Origin: Thermodesulfobacteriota bacterium
GTDB taxonomy: Bacteria; Desulfobacterota_D; UBA1144; Nemesobacterales; UBA2774
DNA length: 64,000 nucleotides
Assembly: GCA_963422265.1 (NCBI GenBank)
Contig: OY729416.1
Location: 704,001-768,000, forward strand
Direction: 5' to 3'
Position 1 is the stretch's first letter; every line of letters begins with the position of its first letter. The notes under the pieces were generated by a model. It saw only the letters and a list, made by a program, of their open reading frames with translations. It was not told the origin of the DNA and searched no databases. The position numbers were made by a program, and so were the translations under genes. Positions 18,955 to 31,471 of the stretch are shown here, in pieces.

Positions 18955-19401
18955 ATGAATGAAAAAGAACACTTACAACCTAGCTTCTTTATAGATAAAA
19001 ATGGGAATTGGTTTCAGAACGGCGTCAAGATTCGGCATAGGCTGACTTACCTTTACAATAACAGGCTCCTTAGGCGCGACGGGGAAACGAGGTACTTCAT
19101 TCAAGAAGGGGCGTTAAAGCTCTACGTAGAAGTAGAGGACACACCATTTGTCGTGAAGATGGTATATAAAAAGGACGAGGACTACTTACTAATTCTAAAT
19201 GATGAAACGGAGGAAAAACTCGACTTTAGCACCCTCAAGATAGACAGCAAAAACGTTCCCCACGTTCGAGTTAAAAATTATGAATTTCCCGCAAGGTTTT
19301 CAAGACCTGCTTACTATGAGCTTATGAAACACGCAAAGAAAGAGAGAAATGATTATTATATTGAATCAAAAGGAGTAAGACACGTCTTAAAAAAGTCTTA
19401 G
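18955..19401 (+). CDS. DUF1285-like hypothetical protein
   Basis: IDKNGNWF, VEVEDTPFVV, ARFSRPAYYEL. Confidence 0.7.
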   Translation: MNEKEHLQPSFFIDKNGNWFQNGVKIRHRLTYLYNNRLLRRDGETRYFIQEGALKLYVEVEDTPFVVKMVYKKDEDYLLILNDETEEKLDFSTLKIDSKNVPHVRVKNYEFPARFSRPAYYELMKHAKKERNDYYIESKGVRHVLKKS

Positions 19402-20555
19402 TTAAATGCGTCCACCAGCCTCAATATAATTTCATCCGCTAGTAGGTTTCCTTTTTTTGTTAGCCTGAGTTTGTTTCTGGAAGATTCAATAAAACCACCG
19501 TCTAGCAAATCCTCAAGAATATCTACTTGAGGAGACGCTCTATACCTTGAACAGAGTTCTAAAGCATCTAAACCCTCTTTTAGTCTGAGACCCATTAACA
19601 AGCGATCTTCAAACGAGTGACCTCTACTAAGAGCTTCGGTAAATTCTATAGGCTTTTGAGAATTCCTGACAGACTTCATATAAAGCGAGGGATTTTTCAG
19701 GTCTGCCCATCTGCTGCCCCATTCGGAATCACGAGTTTGAGAAAAATGCGAATGCGCACCCGCGCCAATTCCAAGATAGTCGCCGCACCTCCAATAAAGC
19801 AGGTTATGCTCACACTCATAGCCTGCTCTGGCATAGTTCGAGATTTCATACTGTTCGTAACCCTTACCACCTAGAAATTCCATCGTAAAAGCTATCAATT
19901 CTGATAATGCATCCTCATCAGGAAGGTTCAGTTTGCCGAGCTTGCGCAGCGTGCCAAACGCTGTTCCATTCTCTACCGTAAGGCAGTACGCGGAGACGTG
20001 TTGAGCGCCAAAGCCTACGGCGTGAGTTAGGTCTTCTTTTAACTCGGATAAGGTCTCACCCTTAACCCCATACATAATATCGAGACTAAAGTTATCAAAA
20101 CCCGCCCTAACTAAGTCTTTTAGCATTCTCCTACTATCTTCCGGGCTATTTATTCTTTCTAAAAAAGAAAGTTTTCTTTGTGAAAAAGATTGTACCCCAA
20201 CGCTTATTCTATTTATCCCTACATCACGGAGCGCCTTGAGTTTGCTTAAATCCGCCGTCTTAGGATTCGCTTCTAAAGTAACCTCCACGTCCCTATGGGG
20301 TAACGTTATTTCGTAAATTCCAGAAAGGATTTTTTCTATACTCTCAGGGTTAAAGAGCGACGGCGTGCCTCCTCCAAAAAACACCGAAGTCAACTTTGAA
20401 CCCTTTAACTCCTCGCTATAAAATCTGAGTTCCTTAAGTAAAGCATTCGTGTATTCTCTCTCTGGAAAACGGTCACCCACCGCATAAGAGTTAAAATCAC
20501 AGTAGGGACATTTGGTCACGCAATAAGGAATATGCACGTACACACCTAAAGCCAC
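19398..20555 (-). CDS. hemW: Radical SAM heme chaperone HemW (HemN-like)
   Basis: YVHIPYCVTKCPYCDFNS, GGGTPS, YEISNYA, HNLLYW. Confidence 0.93.
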   Translation of the reverse strand: MALGVYVHIPYCVTKCPYCDFNSYAVGDRFPEREYTNALLKELRFYSEELKGSKLTSVFFGGGTPSLFNPESIEKILSGIYEITLPHRDVEVTLEANPKTADLSKLKALRDVGINRISVGVQSFSQRKLSFLERINSPEDSRRMLKDLVRAGFDNFSLDIMYGVKGETLSELKEDLTHAVGFGAQHVSAYCLTVENGTAFGTLRKLGKLNLPDEDALSELIAFTMEFLGGKGYEQYEISNYARAGYECEHNLLYWRCGDYLGIGAGAHSHFSQTRDSEWGSRWADLKNPSLYMKSVRNSQKPIEFTEALSRGHSFEDRLLMGLRLKEGLDALELCSRYRASPQVDILEDLLDGGFIESSRNKLRLTKKGNLLADEIILRLVDAFN

Positions 20556-20640
20556 ACCACTATACTACGGTGATTATATAAGTGTTGCAACGGATTTGTT
20601 TTAGAGTGATACTTATTACTTAACTATTACACGCTTAAGC

Positions 20641-21882
20641 ATGAAAATCATACGCACAATTTTGCCCATAGTCCTATGTTTTCTCACAGCAGTAAGTTTC
20701 GCTTCAGCCAACGGGAAAACTGTGCTTACGATTGATGAAGCCGTTAGAATCGCACTAGATAACAATCCAAAAATCACAGTATCGGATAACGAGATCGAGA
20801 TACGCAAAGCCGACTTGAAAAGCGCAAGATCGCAGTATTACCCCCAGATTAGCTCGAGGGTCGTAGTCCCATTCATTGAAAGCGAGTCGGGCTTTTTTCT
20901 CGACCAAATCATATGGGACTTTGGCCAGACGTCCAGCAGAGTAAAATCGAGCAAGGCAATGTTGGAATCCTCTAAATACGATAAAAAAACAACGGAAGAC
21001 GACTTAATTCTCGAGGTTAAAACAAACTACTACGCAGTTCTCGCGCATCAGCACTTAGTCGAAGCTTGCAGAAAAAAGGTAAAAGAATATGAGAAACGCA
21101 CCGAGCGAGCTCAGGAGTTTTTCAAATACGGCAAAATATCCCAAAACGACCTTACTAAAGCCGAAGTAAGCTTAGAGAATACAAAACTAGAACTGATTAG
21201 CACCCAAAACAATCTTGAGATATCTAAGATAAATCTGCTAACGGTTATGGGAGTAAAAAGCGACTTTAATTACAGACTCACGGATAGCGAAAGCATTACT
21301 CCTATACTAATTGAAATTGACGATGCAATGGAGCAAGCTATAAGCAACCATCCTGAAATAAAAAGCCTCAAAGCGAAAGAAGCATCTATGAGGGCTAATT
21401 TGAAAGCGGCAAAAAGAGAATTCTATCCCCTTATCGTAGGGAGAGCGGCTTATAGATTTGAAGGAGAAGGAGCCGAAACCCCGGGGCTCATAGCAGGCGT
21501 AGGAATTAAGTTTCCTTTATTCAAGGGCTTTTCCCGATTTGCCGAGCTTGAGAAGGCAAAAGGCAATATAGGAAGGGTTAAAGCGGAGCTTGAATCCGCC
21601 AAAGCGGACATTACGGCGGAAATAAAGAAAATACACCTTGATCTCAAATTTGCAGAACAAAAAATTATATCTACAAAAAAAGCTAAAATTTCGGCTGAGA
21701 CAAGCCTCCTTCTTGCAAAAGAGAGATATAGGCTCAAGAGAGCTTCGGAAGTTGAACTCGCCGAGGCGGAGCAGCTCTACGCGTCAACCAACGCATCATA
21801 CAAGCAGTCAATTTATAATTATAACGTTATAGGTGCTAGACTAAGCCTCTCTTTGGGAGAACCGAATGAATCTTACAAATAA
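20641..21882 (+). CDS. TolC family outer membrane protein
   Basis: Signal peptide; two OEP-type repeats (ALDNNP...YYP, AISNHP...FYP). Confidence 0.9.
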   Translation: MKIIRTILPIVLCFLTAVSFASANGKTVLTIDEAVRIALDNNPKITVSDNEIEIRKADLKSARSQYYPQISSRVVVPFIESESGFFLDQIIWDFGQTSSRVKSSKAMLESSKYDKKTTEDDLILEVKTNYYAVLAHQHLVEACRKKVKEYEKRTERAQEFFKYGKISQNDLTKAEVSLENTKLELISTQNNLEISKINLLTVMGVKSDFNYRLTDSESITPILIEIDDAMEQAISNHPEIKSLKAKEASMRANLKAAKREFYPLIVGRAAYRFEGEGAETPGLIAGVGIKFPLFKGFSRFAELEKAKGNIGRVKAELESAKADITAEIKKIHLDLKFAEQKIISTKKAKISAETSLLLAKERYRLKRASEVELAEAEQLYASTNASYKQSIYNYNVIGARLSLSLGEPNESYK

Positions 21883-23014
21883 AAAAATAATCGGGGTCGT
21901 TGCGCTAGGCGTCATCATAATACTTTCCCTTACTACTTCTGGGGTGTTTAACAATGATAGCTCGGCGCTGATCTATAAAACCGCAAAGGTAGATAGAAAC
22001 GATATAATTTCACATATTGCAGCTACGGGAACACTATCTCCAACAATTACCATGGAGATTAACGCCCACGCAACTGGGACCATTAGCAATATTTACGTGG
22101 ACTACAACTCACACGTCAAAAAAAATGACCCCTTGGCTGAAATAGATACCATTTCCCTAAAAACAGAGCTAAAACGCGCCCGAGCGGACCATAGAAAATC
22201 CAAAGCGGAGCTAAACATTGCAAGCTCGGTATTGAAAGCAAATCAGGAGCTTTACAATAAGAGATTGATATCCAAAGAAGAGTTAGATGATTCCAAGGGG
22301 AAGTACTCATCGTCGCTCGCAGCCCTTGAGCAATCGGAAGTCGTTCTTGAAATAGCGAAGGCTAATCTTGATAATTCTGTAATTCGTTCGCCGATTGATG
22401 GATTTGTGCTTTCTAAAAACGTGAATTTGGGAGAAAGGGTTATTACAAACTCAAAAACGCTTTTTCTTATTGTGGGAGACATGGCGACAATGAAAGTGAA
22501 CGCAAAAGTGAACGAGTCGGATATAGGAAAGGTTGAAAAAGGACAAAAGGCATTCTTTACCGTTGATGCTTACCCAAACCAAACCTTTGAAAGCGCCATC
22601 TCTCAGATAATGAACGAGCCCATAGTTAATGATAACGTTGTAGGTTATGAAGTAACAGCGCTTGCCAACAACGAAAATTTTAAGCTCAAGTCAGGTATGA
22701 CTGCTGAAGTAAGAATAGTCGTGGCTAACAAACAAGCCGTACTCAGAGTTCCTACCGCTTCTATAAGATTCATTCCTCCACCTTCCGCAAACGTAAAAGA
22801 CAAGCTCAAAGACACGTCTTCCTGGGTGGTTTGGATTCCCTCTGGAAATGAACAGATCTCGGCAATCCCCGTTAAGATCGGCGTAAGCGACGACCGTCAC
22901 ACCGAGATTATAGAAGGAAACATTAAAGAAGGGCAGGAGGTAATCGTGGAAGCATTGTCTAAAAATAACCCCAGTAATGACTCATCCTACCTCCCACAAC
23001 CCAGGAGATTTTAG
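21866..23014 (+). CDS. Efflux periplasmic adaptor (MacA-like MFP)
   Basis: ATGTL, GTISNIYVDYNSHVKK, IRSPIDG, VNESDIGKV, VDAYP, LKSGMTA. Confidence 0.9.
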   Translation: MNLTNKKIIGVVALGVIIILSLTTSGVFNNDSSALIYKTAKVDRNDIISHIAATGTLSPTITMEINAHATGTISNIYVDYNSHVKKNDPLAEIDTISLKTELKRARADHRKSKAELNIASSVLKANQELYNKRLISKEELDDSKGKYSSSLAALEQSEVVLEIAKANLDNSVIRSPIDGFVLSKNVNLGERVITNSKTLFLIVGDMATMKVNAKVNESDIGKVEKGQKAFFTVDAYPNQTFESAISQIMNEPIVNDNVVGYEVTALANNENFKLKSGMTAEVRIVVANKQAVLRVPTASIRFIPPPSANVKDKLKDTSSWVVWIPSGNEQISAIPVKIGVSDDRHTEIIEGNIKEGQEVIVEALSKNNPSNDSSYLPQPRRF

Positions 23015-23017
23015 CGA

Positions 23018-23707
23018 TTGAGCACCAACAAAGTTATATCAGTCAAAAATATTCATAAGACATATAAACTGGGAGACGTTGAAGTGCACGCCCTAAGGGG
23101 CGTCTCGCTTGACGTTAAGGAGGGAGAGTTTTTATCAATTATGGGTGCGTCAGGATCAGGCAAAAGCACGCTGATGAATATCATAGGATGCCTAGACAAA
23201 CCGACCAGCGGCGCCTACGTTCTTGACGGGAGTGAAACTTCTAAGTTAAGCAAAAACGAACTAGCATCAATCAGGAATAAGAAAATAGGCTTTGTATTTC
23301 AAAGCTTTAATCTCTTGGCTAGGACCAGTGCAGTGGCTAACGTAGAGCTGCCGCTGATTTATAATAATAAAAAAGGTCAGGACAGGGCGAAGCTGGCAAA
23401 CGAAGCCTTAACAAGGCTCGGACTTAAAGGACGCGAGAACCATTTTCCATCCCAGCTATCTGGGGGACAACAGCAGCGGGTTGCTATAGCGAGAGCTATC
23501 GTCAATAATCCAAGCATAATATTGGCTGACGAGCCTACGGGTAATCTTGACACGGCTACGAGTAAAGAAATAATAGAAGTCTTTAAGGGCTTAAATAAGC
23601 GAGGTAAAACAATTATCATGATCACTCACGAGCAGGATATTGCTGAAAACGCAGAGAGAGTAATAGTATTCAAAGACGGTCGGATAATAGAGGAAAGAGC
23701 GTCTTAG
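23018..23707 (+). CDS. MacB/LolD-like ABC ATP-binding protein
   Basis: [36 protein letters not shown]. Confidence 0.95.
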   Translation: MSTNKVISVKNIHKTYKLGDVEVHALRGVSLDVKEGEFLSIMGASGSGKSTLMNIIGCLDKPTSGAYVLDGSETSKLSKNELASIRNKKIGFVFQSFNLLARTSAVANVELPLIYNNKKGQDRAKLANEALTRLGLKGRENHFPSQLSGGQQQRVAIARAIVNNPSIILADEPTGNLDTATSKEIIEVFKGLNKRGKTIIMITHEQDIAENAERVIVFKDGRIIEERAS

Positions 23708-23795
23708 TAAGTCTGGAATTGTATAGCGCGTCTCTATTTATTATTGTTGGCTTTTCTGGTGTCTCGTTGCGGTTGGTGAGTTCCCTCCGCTTTCT

Positions 23796-23820
23796 GGATT
23801 CCTGCTCGGAGGCAGGAATG
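23796..23820. repeat. REP-like palindrome
   Basis: ATTCCTGC-TCGGAG-GCAGGAAT, a perfect 8-bp stem between convergent genes. Confidence 0.65.
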
Positions 23821-23976
23821 GGAAATACACCCCTTCTTGCGCTTCCATATTGAGCTATATTTCTCACAAGCAAATGAGGATTGAGAAATAACATCTTTCC
23901 CTATTCCACACCATTACTTCACCATTACCTGCTTAAAACTCTCGACACCAAATGGCATGGTTTAACAAGTAATCCT

Positions 23977-25776
23977 CTAATAAAATATATGGACGGAACC
24001 ATTGCTAACTACTCCAAAATCATCAACCCAATCCCCATTGACGTCGCCCAGATTCCGGACGGTTTTTCCAAAACCATTCCCAACAACACCGTTACCTTCA
24101 ACAACCATCCCAAATTCTTTACCGTTTTTCTTAATCAATCCGTCTGTCACCTTAGCGTCAACGTTCTTGGGTAAATCTTTCTGACCGAAGAACAAGAATA
24201 CTTTTTTACTGCCGGGGGCACCCACGGCGAAACCGGCGTTGGTAGCCATATGCCTTGTATTCAACGACCTCGCAGTCATATCATCTTTATTAGGGGCGAG
24301 GTAAGGAATGACGCTCACGGAACTCCCAAACCTACTGCCGGTCTCGGGATCGACAAACTTAGATTTGTGACTGAGATTGGAAAGTCTATCTCCCTCCAAG
24401 GCAGATTTGATATCCCACCCAGAGTATAGAAATACAGCCCCAGCCCCTGGAGCACCTACTATTACGTCAGGAGCTCCCTGGTCATCTCTATCTATATCAG
24501 CATCAACGCCTCCTGATATGCTAAAACCAAATTCTCCCACTTGATCGCCGCTCAATACGACAACTCCCAATTCCTTATTAGAAATGTCAGGCATGTCTTT
24601 TCCTTCAAGAGAACCATCTCCGAATATTACGTAAGCCTTGTTGGATCCGGGCGCTCCTACGCCAAGCTCATTGTTACCATCTCGGTCAATATCCCCTAGA
24701 AGCGCTATGCTATGTCCAAAACGGCTATCCACCGCCGCATTGTCGTCGCTAAAACTGGCTTTAGGCTGGCCAGATGTGCCCTCAAACACGTAAACCTTGC
24801 TAACACCAGGAGCTCCTACAACAAACACGCCCGATCCACCTATTACACCTCTACCGCTACTTAAAGAAGAGCCAAAGCTGCCTCCTTCCTCTTCTATTTC
24901 AATCTTCTCGGTTTCTTGATCCTTCACATCGATTGTTATCGTATCTTTGCTTTCATCACTCGACCAAGATCTGTTTCCAAACACAACGAACACTTTACCT
25001 TTACCATCATCAAACCCTGGCGCCCCTATAATAAGCTCATCGGCTGAGTCTCCGCTAAAACTCGGGAGACCCTGAAGTGAAGCCCCAAACTGAATACCCT
25101 TCTCTCCACTGATAGTTACGTCAGCCTTAGATAAATCAATATTCGTTTCTTCTCTCCCGAAAAATATATACACTTTCCCCAAGCACGGATCACCTATCGC
25201 AACGTCGTTTAAGTTGTCCCCGTTAAAATTGCCAGCCGCAACGGATTTGGATTTATCAGGACAATCAGCTTGCTGTTCACTTTGGTATTTCACCGAAAGC
25301 AAAGGAGTCTCAACTTTTTTTATTCTAGCAGGGTTGGAGCGGTTGCCCACTTCATCCATAGCTGCGACGCCGAAGAAGAAACCTTTCTTACCTGTAACGT
25401 CTAGCCTCGGAATCAAAAAGCTCTCTTCCTCTCCCGCTGGCTTGGGGCTCTGCAGGTTAGGCATTAAAGTCGCTTTTGAGAAATTATCCCGCAAAATGTC
25501 TTGCGTATTAGTATTTTCTACATCAACTGCATCATCAGAAGACGAGATTTCCCTCGCCTTTTCATCAACGAAGAACCTCACAAAATATTCAGTAGCCCTA
25601 CCCTTAGATCCATCGTCTCCAGGAGCCGTCCATTTAAGACTTCTGGTAGAGCTGTCCCACTCGGGGTCTATAGCCCCAGGGTCATCGGCGTCGCCTACCG
25701 CACACGAGGCAATTGACAATGATAACAATATAATAATAAAACGATACAAGCACTTAAAACTCAGAACTGAATTCAT
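23977..25776 (-). CDS. FG-GAP/integrin-alpha repeat lipoprotein with an N-terminal Fn3-like segment
   Basis: Lipobox IASC; WTAPGDDG; repeated FG.S...GAPG and DxxxDGxxE/D motifs (GNFNGDNLND, GDIDRDGNNE, GDVNGDWVDD). Confidence 0.85.
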   Translation of the reverse strand: MNSVLSFKCLYRFIIILLSLSIASCAVGDADDPGAIDPEWDSSTRSLKWTAPGDDGSKGRATEYFVRFFVDEKAREISSSDDAVDVENTNTQDILRDNFSKATLMPNLQSPKPAGEEESFLIPRLDVTGKKGFFFGVAAMDEVGNRSNPARIKKVETPLLSVKYQSEQQADCPDKSKSVAAGNFNGDNLNDVAIGDPCLGKVYIFFGREETNIDLSKADVTISGEKGIQFGASLQGLPSFSGDSADELIIGAPGFDDGKGKVFVVFGNRSWSSDESKDTITIDVKDQETEKIEIEEEGGSFGSSLSSGRGVIGGSGVFVVGAPGVSKVYVFEGTSGQPKASFSDDNAAVDSRFGHSIALLGDIDRDGNNELGVGAPGSNKAYVIFGDGSLEGKDMPDISNKELGVVVLSGDQVGEFGFSISGGVDADIDRDDQGAPDVIVGAPGAGAVFLYSGWDIKSALEGDRLSNLSHKSKFVDPETGSRFGSSVSVIPYLAPNKDDMTARSLNTRHMATNAGFAVGAPGSKKVFLFFGQKDLPKNVDAKVTDGLIKKNGKEFGMVVEGNGVVGNGFGKTVRNLGDVNGDWVDDFGVVSNGSVHIFY

Positions 25777-26013
25777 ATAAGTTGTCCTTTATTGTTTGAG
25801 AATGTTGATACTTTACCGAACAAGAACCAGTTTTCCAACAAAGAGAATTTAATAATTAAAGAGTAGCTCTGTTCTATTCACCAACAACTTGCCGAAAGGA
25901 TGGGAAAGATAAGGAAGGGTTCTCCTCATTCCCCAATACTACTCATTTGATAGACTTCAACCGATATGGTAATTTCTCTAAGTTGATGAAGATACTTTAG
26001 GGAGAAAATCTAG

Positions 26014-27288
<1,275 letters not shown>

Positions 27289-27366
27289 TTGAGAGGGAAT
27301 GACGTGTATTCTCTATGAGTGTAGATACTCAGATTATAGAGATATTCAAATTTAAGGACAAAAGCT

Positions 27367-28791
27367 ATGTCAGCTAAGACGTTATTCGATAAAATTTGGG
27401 AAGCGCATATAGTGCACGAGGAACCGGGGCAGCCTACCCTTTTATATATAGACCTACATCTGGTGCACGAGGTTACCTCCCCGCAGGCATTTGAAGGGCT
27501 TCGCCTTTCAGGCATAGGGGTTAGAAGACCCGATCTTACGTTTGCGACAATGGATCACAACGTTCCTACTAGCGACAGATCAAAACCTATAAATGATCCC
27601 ATATCAGCCCAGCAAATTGAGACGCTTAGGGAAAACTGCGAGGAGTTTGGGATCACGCTGTTCGGTCTTACTATAAACAGCGATATGCAGGGTATAGTCC
27701 ACGTAATAGGTCCTGAGCTTGGCCTTACAAAACCGGGTATGACCATTGTCTGTGGAGACAGCCACACGTCAACCCACGGGGCTTTTGGCTCTCTTGCCTT
27801 TGGTATAGGAACAAGCGAGGTAGAACACGTGCTCGCCACCCAATGTTTAAGGCAAACTCGCCCCAAGCAATTTGAAATTAGGGTAGAAGGTGAAAGGGGA
27901 TTAGGCATAACAGCAAAAGACGTCATTCTAAAAATTATAGGTCTTATCGGAACGGCGGGGGCTACCGGAACCGTAGTTGAATATAGAGGTTGCACAATAG
28001 AGACGCTTACGATGGAAGAAAGAATGACGGTGTGCAATATGTCGATTGAAGCTGGGGCAAGGGCTGGCATGATAGCACCTGATGAGAAGACGTTTGAATA
28101 CGTAGAGAACAGAGCTTACGCGCCTAAAGGCGAGAGTTTTGAGAAAGCGTCAAAAGACTGGCGCTTTCTCAAAACGGATGAAGGGGCTTATTTTGATAAG
28201 TCTATAACAATTGACGCAGCTACTATTGCTCCCCAGGTTAGCTGGGGAACGAACCCAGGAATGGTAACGGACGTTACAGGAAAAGTATCCGACCCTGACG
28301 AAATCCAAGATGAGAACGGTAGTAAGGCAGTGAGAAATGCCCTTGATTATATGGGACTCGGCGCCGGAACCCCCATCCAAGACATTAAACTTGATAGAGT
28401 TTTCATAGGTTCTTGCACTAATTCCCGCATAGAGGATTTAACAAGAGCGGCAAGAATAGTCAAGGGAAAAAGGGTTGCGTCCAACGTGAGGGCTATGGTA
28501 GTTCCCGGATCTCAGATGGTTAAATCGAAGGCGGAGAATCTAGGGCTGGATAAAATCTTTAGGGAAGCAGGATTTGAGTGGAGAGAGTCCGGATGCAGTA
28601 TGTGCCTTGGAATGAATCCGGATATTTTGCAGCCCGGGGAAAGATGCGCTAGCACTTCTAACAGAAACTTCGAAGGTCGTCAGGGAAAGGACGGAAGAAC
28701 CCACCTGGTAAGCCCAGAAATGGCAGCAGCAGCAGCCATTAAGGGACATTTTGTGGACGTAAGGGATTGGGATCTAGAAAAAGAAATATGA
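27367..28791 (+). CDS. leuC: 3-isopropylmalate dehydratase large subunit
   Basis: [53 protein letters not shown]. Confidence 0.98.
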   Translation: MSAKTLFDKIWEAHIVHEEPGQPTLLYIDLHLVHEVTSPQAFEGLRLSGIGVRRPDLTFATMDHNVPTSDRSKPINDPISAQQIETLRENCEEFGITLFGLTINSDMQGIVHVIGPELGLTKPGMTIVCGDSHTSTHGAFGSLAFGIGTSEVEHVLATQCLRQTRPKQFEIRVEGERGLGITAKDVILKIIGLIGTAGATGTVVEYRGCTIETLTMEERMTVCNMSIEAGARAGMIAPDEKTFEYVENRAYAPKGESFEKASKDWRFLKTDEGAYFDKSITIDAATIAPQVSWGTNPGMVTDVTGKVSDPDEIQDENGSKAVRNALDYMGLGAGTPIQDIKLDRVFIGSCTNSRIEDLTRAARIVKGKRVASNVRAMVVPGSQMVKSKAENLGLDKIFREAGFEWRESGCSMCLGMNPDILQPGERCASTSNRNFEGRQGKDGRTHLVSPEMAAAAAIKGHFVDVRDWDLEKEI

Positions 28792-28806
28792 TAATGAGGC
28801 AGTAGA

Positions 28807-29427
28807 ATGGAACCACTTGAGAGAATTTCAGGAATCGTAGCCCCGCTTGACCGTATGAACGTGGATACGGATCAGATTATCCCTAAGCAGTTTCTAAAAA
28901 GAATAGAAAGAACTGGCTTTGGGGAGTTTCTATTCTTTGATTGGCGCTATAAAGAAGACGGCGCCCTTAACCCGAGTTTTGAGCTTAACCATGATCGCTA
29001 TCAGAACGCCAAGGTGCTTCTGACAGGCCACAATTTTGGAAGTGGAAGTTCAAGAGAACACGCCCCCTGGTCCCTGAAGGAATACGGCTTTAGGGTGATA
29101 ATCGCCCCATCTTTCGCAGACATCTTTTACAACAATTGCTTCAAAAACTCTATATTGCCAATTACCCTGCCTGAGGAAACGATTAGAGAGCTTTTTAACA
29201 AGATAGCTTCTAAAAAGGGCTATAAGCTAACTATTGACCTTAGGTCGCAGACGATTGAAGATCGGGACGGTTGGACTATCACCTTTGAAGTCGATTCTTT
29301 TAAGAAGAAAAGCCTTCTTGAGGGTCTTGATGACATATTCCACACGCTTCAACGCGAAGACAAAATAACTGCTTATGAACACAAGATACCTATAACTAGG
29401 GAATGGAGCATCCCTTGTAGAAGATAA
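28807..29427 (+). CDS. leuD: 3-isopropylmalate dehydratase small subunit
   Basis: [34 protein letters not shown]. Confidence 0.98.
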   Translation: MEPLERISGIVAPLDRMNVDTDQIIPKQFLKRIERTGFGEFLFFDWRYKEDGALNPSFELNHDRYQNAKVLLTGHNFGSGSSREHAPWSLKEYGFRVIIAPSFADIFYNNCFKNSILPITLPEETIRELFNKIASKKGYKLTIDLRSQTIEDRDGWTITFEVDSFKKKSLLEGLDDIFHTLQREDKITAYEHKIPITREWSIPCRR

Positions 29428-30936
29428 ATGAGCGCTAGCTTAAGTCAAAACACTTACCAAAAACAAGTTCAGCAACCGCGCCTTATTCTAACTCAGGAGC
29501 TTCAGCTCTTCCTCAGACTAATACAAATGACCACGATGGAGTTAAGGGAGTATTTAGAGGAACAACTAATTGAGAACCCAGTGCTAGAGGAAATAGAAGA
29601 GCAGGCTGATAAAGACGACGGGAACGTCAAAGAAGAATTTGATCTTGGTGATCTGGCTGAAAGCCGCGTGCTTAAAGACGGCAATGGCGATTTACCTCAT
29701 TATTCACCCATGGAGTCCTTTGACAACGGTGAAGAAGAAACACCGTGGGAAAATAGAATAAGCAATGCTGAATCTCTTATAGACCACCTAGAATGGCAAG
29801 TTAAAGTTTCAGATTTTTCACTAGAAGAGAAACAGATAGCCACTATTATCATAGGAAACACCAATGACGACGGTTATCTGGAGCTAAGTGCTCAAGAAAT
29901 AGCATCAACTTTTTTAAGAGAGGGGAATGGCAAATCACCTAAGCGTGTAGTAGCGCACGACAAAAAACTCCTAGAGAAAATCAATAGCGTGCTTAAGCGA
30001 ATACAGTCTTCCTTTAATCCAACTGGCGTATGCGCTAGAGATTTGAAGGAAAGCCTTGAGATTCAAGTCCTCGAATTAGGTTATTCAAAGGACGATTTGA
30101 TATTTAAGCTCATTGACAACCACCTAGAAGTTCTTGATAAAAAAGACGTATTCCAAATTGCAGAAGAGTTCCGCGCGACGGCTGAAGAAGTTCAAAACGC
30201 GCTTTTGACTATTTCTACCTTGGAGCCAAAGCCCGGAAGGCCCTTTTATAAAAAAGATTCGGAAAGCCACATAGTCCCCGACTTCTACGTTCATAAGGTA
30301 GGAGAGGACCTCCAAATCCAGCTTAACCGTGACTTTCCGAAGGTCAGGATAAGTAATTACTACAGAAACCTTGTAAAAAACCAACAAAACCTGCCTCCTG
30401 ATACGAAACAGTTTGTTAAGGAAAAGCTCGAAGCTGCACAGAGAATTATGAAGTGCCTTGATGAGCGCGAGGTTACTGTAAGAAAAATCATTACTAAAAT
30501 AGCTGAAACTCAAAGAGACTTTTTTGAGAACGGCAAAGATCATATAAAACCGCTCATACTCAAGGACGTCGCTCGGTCAGTAGGGGTGCATGAATCTACC
30601 GTCAGTCGAATAACCAGCCGAAGATACATACAAACGCCTCAAGGCACAATAAAGCTCAAATCTCTCTTCTCAAGAAAAATAGAGACAGCGCAAGGTAGAG
30701 AAGTCTCTTTTGAAAAAGTAAAATCTTTAATACGTAATATTATATCAAACGAGCTGCAGCACAGCCCGTATTCAGACGAGGATATTTCAAAAATGCTTAG
30801 AAGAAGGGACGTCAAGGTTGCTAGGCGCACAGTTGCGAAATATAGAAAGGTGCTTAGAATACCAGCCTCTTCGGTGAGAGCAAATAAAAACGGGAAGGCA
30901 CAGAATGAAAACAACGGTAACGACAAGACATATTAG
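29428..30936 (+). CDS. rpoN: RNA polymerase sigma-54 factor
   Basis: Gln/Leu-rich region I, ENPVLE, HESTVSR, RpoN box ARRTVAKYR. Confidence 0.96.
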   Translation: MSASLSQNTYQKQVQQPRLILTQELQLFLRLIQMTTMELREYLEEQLIENPVLEEIEEQADKDDGNVKEEFDLGDLAESRVLKDGNGDLPHYSPMESFDNGEEETPWENRISNAESLIDHLEWQVKVSDFSLEEKQIATIIIGNTNDDGYLELSAQEIASTFLREGNGKSPKRVVAHDKKLLEKINSVLKRIQSSFNPTGVCARDLKESLEIQVLELGYSKDDLIFKLIDNHLEVLDKKDVFQIAEEFRATAEEVQNALLTISTLEPKPGRPFYKKDSESHIVPDFYVHKVGEDLQIQLNRDFPKVRISNYYRNLVKNQQNLPPDTKQFVKEKLEAAQRIMKCLDEREVTVRKIITKIAETQRDFFENGKDHIKPLILKDVARSVGVHESTVSRITSRRYIQTPQGTIKLKSLFSRKIETAQGREVSFEKVKSLIRNIISNELQHSPYSDEDISKMLRRRDVKVARRTVAKYRKVLRIPASSVRANKNGKAQNENNGNDKTY

Positions 30937-31456
30937 CGAGAATCAAAATTCAGAAGAGCTCAAAACCTACGCTCTGAAAAAAGCAAAGAGAATAGAAAAA
31001 TATTTGAAATCTGAGAGAGAGCCTTCAGAGCTGCGATTCGTGCTATCGTCGGAGAAATTCAGAGATGCTGCGGAAATTACGGTCAACAGTGCAAACGTTA
31101 AAGCTGCAAGCTCAGTCGAAATGGACGACATGCACGCAGCAATAGATGGCGCGGTTGATAGCATAGTCAGACAGATAAAAAAGCAAACCGACAAGAAAAT
31201 AAAAAGCAAAAGGAGGGTTAGCGCTAGACCAAAAGAAGATACTGACGAGATTGTGAACGAAACCGATTCACCCTCAATCCAACTCGCAGACGTCAAAGTT
31301 CACAAGCTTCCCTCAAAGCCTATGTCAATAGAAGAAGCGTCTTTACAATTAAGAGTATCAGACGCTAATTTCATAGCCTTTAAAAATAGCGAAAATGATA
31401 AAATGAACGTTCTATACCTGAACCGTAGAGGTCAGGCAATACTGATTGAACCATAG
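30905..31456 (+). CDS. hpf: Ribosome hibernation factor (long HPF)
   Basis: DMHAAID, KPMSIEEA, NVLY; located after rpoN. Confidence 0.88.
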   Translation: MKTTVTTRHISENQNSEELKTYALKKAKRIEKYLKSEREPSELRFVLSSEKFRDAAEITVNSANVKAASSVEMDDMHAAIDGAVDSIVRQIKKQTDKKIKSKRRVSARPKEDTDEIVNETDSPSIQLADVKVHKLPSKPMSIEEASLQLRVSDANFIAFKNSENDKMNVLYLNRRGQAILIEP

Positions 31457-31471
31457 CTATAACAAAGCAAT

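Noticed and set aside
27289-27366. Leucine attenuator before leuC
   Set aside because: A hairpin exists (CTCTAT...ATAGAG), but there is no Leu-rich leader peptide, T-box or U-tailed terminator.
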